DNA of 64,000 nt from Candidatus Lustribacter sp. (lineage in GTDB: Bacteria; Vulcanimicrobiota; Vulcanimicrobiia; Vulcanimicrobiales; Vulcanimicrobiaceae): NCBI GenBank assembly GCA_049512335.1, contig JBEKXE010000001.1, positions 56,987 through 120,986 of the forward strand. The letters run 5' to 3'. Of this stretch, positions 48,584-55,569 are shown one piece after another; the stretch's first letter is position 1, and the number at the start of each line of letters is the position of its first letter. The translations under genes were made by a program, and so were the position numbers. The notes beneath the pieces were generated by a model that had not been told where the DNA came from, did no database searches, and was given only the letters and a program-made list of their open reading frames with translations.

Positions 48584-48811
48584 TCCTCAGCCCTACCCGT
48601 TGCAGCCGGCGTTGTTACGTGACGGTTCGGCGATCAAGAGTGCCGGGGTGCTGGCACAGCACGGCGTCATGCTGACCGGTATGGCAACCAAACGGCGGAA
48701 CCCTCGTCGCGGTGCACGGCATGTGGAAAAGGTGTGGAGCGTTGTAAGTTCTTGTGCAACGCGTGTGGATGCCGGAGGGCCGCGCACCGGTGCGCGGAAC
48801 CGCGCTTCGGT

Positions 48812-49648
48812 ATGAGCACTGTGCGTGGGCGCGGCCGCAACGTCGAGATCGCGGTCGACCGGTCGTTGCCGGCGGCGGGTGAGGAATTGCGCTCGCACTT
48901 CACCGAACGGCCGGACTTCTATCGGGGCAGCCATGCGGTCGCCAACCTCGGCCTGCTCGAGCCCGGCGCAACCGAGATCGCCGCGTTCCGCGATCTGCTG
49001 GCGGAGTTCGGCATCACGCTCGACGGCGTGTCGGGCTCCGATTCGCTGGCCCTGACGCTGGCCGAGCTGCAGCTGGCCTATCTCGGTCCGGCGCCCGTCG
49101 CCGAGGTCTCGGCGCTGCCGCGCAGCCGGCCGCCCCGGCAGATCGAGCTCTCGGCCGAAGCGCGTTCGCTCGTCGCCGACTTCGCCGGCGCGCGGGCCGA
49201 TCTGGCGCAGCGCCGCACCGCGAAAACGCCGCCGGCGAGCGCTCCGGCCGGCGTCGCGTCGGCCGGCGTGGCGATCCCGCCGGCCCCGGCGTACGCGCCG
49301 GCGGGCGTCTCGACGCTCTACCACCGCGGCACGCTGCGCGGCGGGCAGGCGCTCCACAACCTCGGCAACATCGTGGTGATCGGCGATCTCAATCCGGGCG
49401 CGGAGCTGATCGCGAGCGGGGACATCGTCGTCGTCGGCGCGCTGCGCGGTACCGCGCACGCCGGCGCGCAGGGCGATCGCACCGCGCGCGTCATCGCGCT
49501 CGAGTTCGCGCCCACGCAACTGCGCATCGCCACCGTGATCGGCGCCGACGCGCTGCTCGCGAACGGCCCGCAACAAGCCACGATCGAAGGCGACCGCATC
49601 GCCGTCACCCCGCTCGGCAGCCAAACCCGTCAGGAGATCTCGCTCTGA
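48812..49648 (+). CDS. minC: Septum site-determining protein MinC
   Basis: C-terminal beta-helix (LYHRGTLRGGQALHNLGNIVVIGDLNPGAELIASGDIVVVGALRGTAHAG). Lies upstream of minD-minE. Confidence 0.85.
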   Translation: MSTVRGRGRNVEIAVDRSLPAAGEELRSHFTERPDFYRGSHAVANLGLLEPGATEIAAFRDLLAEFGITLDGVSGSDSLALTLAELQLAYLGPAPVAEVSALPRSRPPRQIELSAEARSLVADFAGARADLAQRRTAKTPPASAPAGVASAGVAIPPAPAYAPAGVSTLYHRGTLRGGQALHNLGNIVVIGDLNPGAELIASGDIVVVGALRGTAHAGAQGDRTARVIALEFAPTQLRIATVIGADALLANGPQQATIEGDRIAVTPLGSQTRQEISL

Positions 49649-49667
49649 TGAACCGCAACGTTGTTAC

Positions 49668-49775
49668 GCGACCCCTCGGGGAATGTCTCCCGTGCCGAAT
49701 TCGTGAGGGAGCGATAGTCCGGGGGCCCCACGCAAAGCGTGGGGGCGCGGAGCCTGGGGCGGAGCGCCTTCAAAA
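49668..49775 (+). repeat. About 110-nt repeat element, copy B
   Basis: See copy A (25321-25430). Fills most of the minC-minD spacer and ends at the minD ATG. Contains the hairpin CCCCACGC-AAA-GCGTGGGG. Confidence 0.8.
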
Positions 49776-50566
49776 TGAGTGCTAGGCGCATCGTCGTCAC
49801 TTCAGGTAAGGGCGGCGTCGGGAAGACGACGACCACGGCGAATTTGGGGGCGGCGCTGGCGCTGCGCGGGAAGCGCGTCGTGCTGGTCGATGCGGATATC
49901 GGGCTGCGCAATCTCGACTTGGTGCTCGGGCTCGAGAAGCGGATCGTGTTCGACTTGGTCGAGGTCGTCGAAGGCCGCTGCCAGCTGCGCCAAGCGCTGA
50001 TCAAGGACAAACGCTTCGGCGAGCTGCTCTCGATTTTGCCGGCCGCGCAGACGCGCGACAAGACGGCGGTCACCGAGAACCAGTTCGCCACCGTGATCGA
50101 CGAGCTGGCCGAGCTGTGCGACTACGTGATCATCGACTGCCCGGCCGGCATCGAGCACGGGTTTCGCAACGCGGTCGCCGGCGCGCGCGAAGCGATCGTG
50201 GTGACGACCCCCGAGGTCAGCGCGATCCGGGACGCGGATCGCGTGATCGGGAAGCTCAACGAACGCGGGCTGCCGATGCGCTTGATCGTCAATCGCATCC
50301 GGCCCGACATGGTGCGCTCGGGCGACATGCTCTCGGTCGACGACGTGTGCGAGATCCTCTCGGCCGAATTGCTCGGTATCGTCCCCGACGACGAGGACGT
50401 GATCGACACGACCAACCGCGGCGAACCCATCGCCCTCAAAGCCGACTCGCGTTTGGCGGCGATCTACGAGAAGATCGCGCGCCGCCTCGAAGGCGAGATC
50501 GTTCCGTTCACGGTGCTGGGTGCGCCGACGTTCCTGAGCCGTTTGCTCGGCCGAAAGGCAGGCTGA
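49775..50566 (+). CDS. minD: Septum site-determining ATPase MinD (copy 1)
   Basis: MSARRIVVTSGKGGVGKTTTTANLGAAL (deviant Walker A), DCPAGIE, and a C-terminal amphipathic helix FLSRLLGRK. The ORF-track start at 49739 would translate the repeat element. Confidence 0.92.
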   Translation: MSARRIVVTSGKGGVGKTTTTANLGAALALRGKRVVLVDADIGLRNLDLVLGLEKRIVFDLVEVVEGRCQLRQALIKDKRFGELLSILPAAQTRDKTAVTENQFATVIDELAELCDYVIIDCPAGIEHGFRNAVAGAREAIVVTTPEVSAIRDADRVIGKLNERGLPMRLIVNRIRPDMVRSGDMLSVDDVCEILSAELLGIVPDDEDVIDTTNRGEPIALKADSRLAAIYEKIARRLEGEIVPFTVLGAPTFLSRLLGRKAG

Positions 50567-50569
50567 TCC

Positions 50570-51430
50570 GTGCACCCTTCGACTGAGCTCAGGGCAGGCT
50601 ACCTTGAGGAGGACCCGCTGCCGGCCGCGCCGCCGGCGCCGCAACGCCGCGGGCGCTGCATCGTCGTCACCTCCGGTAAAGGCGGCGTCGGCAAGACGAC
50701 GACGACCGCCAACGTCGGCGTTGCGCTGGCGGCCGGCGGCGCGCGCGTCGTGCTGGTCGACGCCGACGTCGGCCTGCGCAACCTCGACATCGTGCTCGGC
50801 CTCGAAGCGCGCGTCCGTCACCACGTGCTCGACGTGCTCGAAGGCCAGGCCGAGCTCGACGACGCGCTGGTCAGCGACAAGCGCGTCAGCGGGCTCAAGC
50901 TGCTGGCCGCTTCGCAAACGCGCGAGAAGGACGACGTCGACACGCCCGCCTTCCGCGGCTTGATCGACCAGCTGCGCGAGCGCTTCGACTACGTGCTGAT
51001 CGACTGCCCGGCCGGCATCGAGAAGGGGTTCCAGAACGCGATCGCCGGCGCCGACGAAGCGATCATCGTCTGCACGCCCGAAGTGAGCGCGGTGCGCGAC
51101 GCCGACCGGGTCGTCGGCCTGCTCGGCGAACGCGTGAAGGTCACCCTGATCGTCAACCGTCTGCGTCCGGCGCTCGTGCGGCGCGGCAAGATGCTCTCGG
51201 TCGAGGATGTCAACGCGATCCTGCGCCTGCCGCTCTTGGGTGTCATTGCCGACGAGCCCGGGGTCATCGTCTCGACCAACAAGGGCGAGCCGATCGCCCT
51301 CGATGTGGCGTCGCCGACCGGCCAAGCGTATCGCAAGATCGCGGGCCGGATCGTGGGAACCGAGACGTCGGCGCCGGAAATCCCGCGCGAGGCAACCTTC
51401 TTCGGCAAACTGTTCGGGGGCCAACGCTAA
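50570..51430 (+). CDS. MinD paralogue (copy 2) with an N-terminal extension
   Basis: CIVVTSGKGGVGKTTTTANVGVAL, DCPAGIE, and a C-terminal amphipathic helix FFGKLFGG. The only upstream in-frame start is GTG 50570. The first ~30 codons include REP-like motif R3. Confidence 0.85.
   Translation: MHPSTELRAGYLEEDPLPAAPPAPQRRGRCIVVTSGKGGVGKTTTTANVGVALAAGGARVVLVDADVGLRNLDIVLGLEARVRHHVLDVLEGQAELDDALVSDKRVSGLKLLAASQTREKDDVDTPAFRGLIDQLRERFDYVLIDCPAGIEKGFQNAIAGADEAIIVCTPEVSAVRDADRVVGLLGERVKVTLIVNRLRPALVRRGKMLSVEDVNAILRLPLLGVIADEPGVIVSTNKGEPIALDVASPTGQAYRKIAGRIVGTETSAPEIPREATFFGKLFGGQR
50575..50603 (+). repeat. Short REP-like motif copy R3
   Basis: CCCTTCGACTGAGCTCAGGGCAGGCTACC at the 5' end of the second minD gene. 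Confidence 0.45.
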
Positions 51431-51433
51431 CCC

Positions 51434-51850
51434 ATGCTCGAGTTCTTCAAGCGCATCTTCAACCCGCAGCCGTCGAGCGTCACCGCGCGCGAACGGCTGC
51501 GCTTGGTGCTGCTCTCCGACCACCTCGCGCTCGCGCCCGACGTCGTGGAGTCGCTCAAGGCCGACCTGATCGCGGTCATCTCGAAGTACGTCGACGTCGA
51601 CGCCGACCACTGCGACGTGACCTTCGAGCAACAGGAGAGCGTCGTTGCGATGCTGGCCAACATCCCGATCCTGGGCATGAAGCCGGTCGCCAAGGCGCCG
51701 CGTCCCGCGCCGCCGCCTGCCCTTCGACAGGCTCAGGATGACATGCCGCCGCCTATTACCGATCCGTCCCCGGTGTCGGCCAGCACGGCGAAACCGCGCC
51801 GCCGCCGCCGGCGCCGGTCGAACGCGAACGCGGCGCCTGCTCACGGCTGA
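51434..51850 (+). CDS. minE: Cell division topological specificity factor MinE with a ~50-aa C-terminal extension
   Basis: MLEFFKRIF membrane-targeting start, RERLRLVLLSD, KADLIAVISKYV. The Pro/Arg-rich tail begins near residue 85. Confidence 0.9.
   Translation: MLEFFKRIFNPQPSSVTARERLRLVLLSDHLALAPDVVESLKADLIAVISKYVDVDADHCDVTFEQQESVVAMLANIPILGMKPVAKAPRPAPPPALRQAQDDMPPPITDPSPVSASTAKPRRRRRRRSNANAAPAHG
51719..51747 (+). repeat. Short REP-like motif copy R4 inside the minE tail
   Basis: GCCCTTCGACAGGCTCAGGATGACATGCC, encoding ALRQAQDDMP. Confidence 0.45.
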
Positions 51851-51868
51851 GCACGTCACGGGCCGCTA

Positions 51869-52999
51869 GTGGAGCGCCCCTGGTACACCCGTTTCAACTG
51901 GTGGCTGGCCGGATCGTGCATCGCGCTGACGATCGTCGGCGTCGTTTTCATTTCGTCGGCGACGCTGCACGAACCGTATAACGCCGGCGAGTGGAAGAGC
52001 CAAATCGTCTTCGCGCTGGTCGGCATCGCGGTGATGTTCGGGGTGGCGTTCGTCGACTACCACCGCTGGCAGCAGTGGGCGCTGCCGCTCTACGTCATCA
52101 CGCTCTTGCTCCTGATCTTCATCGCGATCAAAGGCCACAGTGCGCTCGGCGCGGCGCGCTGGATCCAGATCGGACCGTTGCAATTCCAGCCCTCGGAGCC
52201 GGCCAAGGTGACGATCGCGATCGCCGTCGCGGCGCTGCTCTCGCGCAGCAGCTACCGCGCGCTGTGGCAATTGTTGATTCCGCTGGCGGCGGTGGCCGTC
52301 CCGGCGCTGCTGATCCTCAAGCAGCCCGATCTCGGCACGACGCTCGTCGTCGGAGCGATCCTGACCGCCGAGCTGGCCTTCGGTCTACCGAACGTGATCG
52401 ACTTCGCGATCTACCTCGGCAGCATCGTCGCCGGCGCGGCGTACGTGCTCTCGAGCGACAAGATCCTCAAGCCGTTCCAACGCGCCCGCTTGCTGGTGTT
52501 TCTCAACCCGAAGCTCGATCCGCAAGGCGTGGGCTACAACCTCAACCAGTCGAAGATCGCGGTCGGCAGCGGTGAGTTGTTCGGCAAAGGGCTCTATCAC
52601 GGCACCCAAACCCAGCTGAACTTCGTCCCCGAGAACTCGCGCGATTTCATCTTCACGGCGATCGGCGAGGAAGCGGGCTTCGTGGGCGCGTGCGGTTTGA
52701 TCGCGCTCGACGCCGTGATCGTGGGCAGCGCGCTGCGCGCGGTGTTCTCGGCGCAAGACCGCTTCGGGCTGTTGCTCAGCGTCGGCCTCGTGACGATGTT
52801 CGCCTTCCACATGATCGTCAACATCGGCATGACGATCGGCATCATGCCGGTCACGGGCATCCCGCTGCCGTTCATGTCGTACGGCGGCAGCGCGCTGATC
52901 ACCGACTACCTCGCCGCCGGCATCTTGATCAACGTCGCCTTGCAAAAAGACCGTTTGGTGTTCGGTGACGCCCGCGCCCGGATCGGCGAAGCCGCTTAA
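51869..52999 (+). CDS. rodA: SEDS-family peptidoglycan polymerase (RodA/FtsW)
   Basis: Ten TM segments. QPSEPAKV, NLNQSKIAVGSGELFGKG, DFIFTAIGEEAGF, PLPFMSYGGSAL. Position after minCDE favours RodA. Confidence 0.85.
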   Translation: MERPWYTRFNWWLAGSCIALTIVGVVFISSATLHEPYNAGEWKSQIVFALVGIAVMFGVAFVDYHRWQQWALPLYVITLLLLIFIAIKGHSALGAARWIQIGPLQFQPSEPAKVTIAIAVAALLSRSSYRALWQLLIPLAAVAVPALLILKQPDLGTTLVVGAILTAELAFGLPNVIDFAIYLGSIVAGAAYVLSSDKILKPFQRARLLVFLNPKLDPQGVGYNLNQSKIAVGSGELFGKGLYHGTQTQLNFVPENSRDFIFTAIGEEAGFVGACGLIALDAVIVGSALRAVFSAQDRFGLLLSVGLVTMFAFHMIVNIGMTIGIMPVTGIPLPFMSYGGSALITDYLAAGILINVALQKDRLVFGDARARIGEAA

Positions 53000-53001
53000 G
53001 T

Positions 53002-55299
53002 TTAACCTCGCGCGGCGGTGGCGAGGGTGCGCTGGGCGAAGCGGAACGCGTCGTCGGGTGACATCGGACGGCCGAACAGGTAGCCTTGAACGAGCCGGCA
53101 ACCGAGGCCGGAAATCAGCTCGCGCTGCTCGGGCGTCTCGATCCCTTCGGCGATCACCTCGGCGTTCAGGCCGTGAGCCAGCGCGATGATGCCGGCCACG
53201 ATCGGCACCTTCGCCGGGTCGTTGGCGGCCGAGACGACGAACGAACGGTCGATCTTGATCGCGTCGACTTGAAAGTCGTTGAGGTGGCGCAGCGACGAGA
53301 AGCCGGTGCCGAAATCGTCGAGGCACACGCGCAGGCCCATCTCGTGCAAGTTGGCGAGGAAACGTCCGGCCGTGTCGATCGAATCGATGGACGCCGTTTC
53401 GGTCATCTCGATCACCAGCGTTTGCGAGGGGATGTTCCACATATCCATCGCGTCGGCGATCGACGCGTAGGTGCCGACGTGCGCGGCCTCCATCGGCGAC
53501 ACGTTGAAGTGCACCGACAGCGTCTCGAGCGACAACCCGTCGTCACGCCAGGCGGCCAGGTGCCGGCACACTTCGTGCACGACGCGCCGGCCGAGCGAAA
53601 CGATGAGCCGGGCTTCTTGCGCGACGTCGACCAGCAGCGCGGCGTCGATCTCGCCCCGCACCGGATGGTTCCAGCGCACCAGCGCTTCGAAGCCGTGAGC
53701 GGTGCCGTCGTCGAGCGAGAGGATCGGCTGAAAGACGACGCGCGGCCCGCTGTCGCGGGCCAGCGCCTCGCGCAGGTCGGCCGCCAACTCCGCGCGGTCG
53801 ACGATCGCGGCGCGCAACACGTCGTCGAACATCACCGCGCGGTCGCCGCCGTCTTCTTTCGCGCGGTACATCGCGATGTCGGCGTCGCGCAAGACGCTGT
53901 CGACGGTCTCGTGCATCGCGTCGATCGCCACGATGCCGACGCTGGCCGCCAAGCGGTGTTCGAGCCCTTCGACGCGGATCGGCGCGGTGAACGCTGCGCA
54001 GATCGCCTCGCCGACGTGGATCGGGTGTGCGGAGTCGGGATCGTAGTGGTGAACCAGGATCGCGAACTCGTCGCCGCCGACGCGGGCGATGAGATCGCCT
54101 TGCGGCGTCGCGCCACGCAAGCGCTCCGCCGCGGCGACCAGAAACTCATCGCCGGCCTGGTGGCCGTAGCGGTCGTTCACCTCTTTGAAGTAGTCGAAGT
54201 CGATCGAGATGATCCACGTCGTGCGATCGTTGACGGGCGTCCAGGCCGCCACCGCCTTCGCGGCGGCTTGGGTGAACGCGCGCCGGTTCGGCAACCCGGT
54301 CAGCGCGTCGTGCAACGCCTGATGCTGAAAGGCGGCCCGGGTGCGCTGCGAGCGCAACTGCGCGCGGATCACCTGCATCGACAGCAGCACGACGACGGCG
54401 ATGATCGCCGACAACAAGCCCACGATCAGCGCGATCTCGTCGCGCGCCCGTTCCCCCGCGTCGATCAGACGGTTGTCGAGCAGCGGGAGCAGCGTCGCTT
54501 CGAGGGCGGCCAATTTCACCGAGGCGTCGGTGACGGGCGCGAGCAGTCCCGCGCGCCGCTGCAGGGCGTCGCCCAGAGCGATGTGCCGGCGGAACTCGTC
54601 GAGGAACGCCGCGGCGGCCGCGCGCGTCGTATCGGCCTGCGAGCGGACGATCGGCGGCAGGCCCTGGAACCAGCGCGGCTCCAAGGCCACGTTGGTGGTC
54701 GACGTCACGTCGGCGTAGATCGACGTCAGCGCGGCGCGCGAGAAGCGGTCGCTGCCGGCGTGCAGCGGATCGGCGGCGGCGAGCATGCTGGCCAGGCGCG
54801 CGAACTGTTCGTCGGCGGCCGGCAAGGCTTGGAGCGAGGCCTCGGCGAGGACGCCGTCGGCGTTGGCGGCGCTGCCGCGCATCACCGCGATGCTGCCCAC
54901 CCGCAGGTAGGACTCGCGCATCGCCTCGCTCGTCAACCGCACCAGGGCCACGTTCGCCGGGTGCCGCTCGGAGCCGACCCAGGCTCGCCGTAAACGCGCG
55001 ATCTGGGCCTCCGGCAACCCGTCGATCAGCCCGCTCGTGACGGCGCCTTGGTCCACGCGCCCCAACGAATCGGCCACGGCGGCCGCCGAATCGCGGTCGA
55101 CGGCGGGTCGCCCGCTCGCGTGATAGTCGGCCAGCGCCGCGGACACATCATCGAGCCGTTCGACTAAGCGCACGGCGTTCTCGCCGACCGCATACGAGGC
55201 GATCGCGGCATTCCGGTCGCCGATTTGGACCGCGCCGGCCGACAAGAGCGACGCCAAAACGACGATACCGACCGCTACTAAGCGTAATGCGAGCCTCAC
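53002..55299 (-). CDS. Membrane sensor diguanylate cyclase / phosphodiesterase (GGDEF-EAL)
   Basis: TM segment, ~360-aa periplasmic region, second TM segment, GGDEF (RVGGDEFAIL) and EAL (FEALVRWNHP...DDFGTGFSSL). The ORF track extends to 57531, but that part is antisense to rne. Start taken at GTG 55299 (alternative ATG about 55463). Confidence 0.8.
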   Translation of the reverse strand: MRLALRLVAVGIVVLASLLSAGAVQIGDRNAAIASYAVGENAVRLVERLDDVSAALADYHASGRPAVDRDSAAAVADSLGRVDQGAVTSGLIDGLPEAQIARLRRAWVGSERHPANVALVRLTSEAMRESYLRVGSIAVMRGSAANADGVLAEASLQALPAADEQFARLASMLAAADPLHAGSDRFSRAALTSIYADVTSTTNVALEPRWFQGLPPIVRSQADTTRAAAAAFLDEFRRHIALGDALQRRAGLLAPVTDASVKLAALEATLLPLLDNRLIDAGERARDEIALIVGLLSAIIAVVVLLSMQVIRAQLRSQRTRAAFQHQALHDALTGLPNRRAFTQAAAKAVAAWTPVNDRTTWIISIDFDYFKEVNDRYGHQAGDEFLVAAAERLRGATPQGDLIARVGGDEFAILVHHYDPDSAHPIHVGEAICAAFTAPIRVEGLEHRLAASVGIVAIDAMHETVDSVLRDADIAMYRAKEDGGDRAVMFDDVLRAAIVDRAELAADLREALARDSGPRVVFQPILSLDDGTAHGFEALVRWNHPVRGEIDAALLVDVAQEARLIVSLGRRVVHEVCRHLAAWRDDGLSLETLSVHFNVSPMEAAHVGTYASIADAMDMWNIPSQTLVIEMTETASIDSIDTAGRFLANLHEMGLRVCLDDFGTGFSSLRHLNDFQVDAIKIDRSFVVSAANDPAKVPIVAGIIALAHGLNAEVIAEGIETPEQRELISGLGCRLVQGYLFGRPMSPDDAFRFAQRTLATAARG

Positions 55300-55569
55300 C
55301 GTGCGCCGCCTTCGGCGCAGGGGGCGCCGAACGCTCGTCGGGGGGCTGCGAGGACGAAATCTCCTCCCTCTCGAACGGAGACCTAGCGAAAGTGCTCGCC
55401 TCGTGATCGTGTCCCCGAAGGGTGGACGCTGGATCGGTAGGGCCTTTTGGAACAGTTTCATACCGAATTTTGGGTCGCGGCTGAAGCCGGCGACGCCCGC
55501 TCGATGGCGCAAGCAAAAGCGCGGTCGCGATGCGTGTCGTAGGACGGTCGCACCCGGGAGACACACAAC

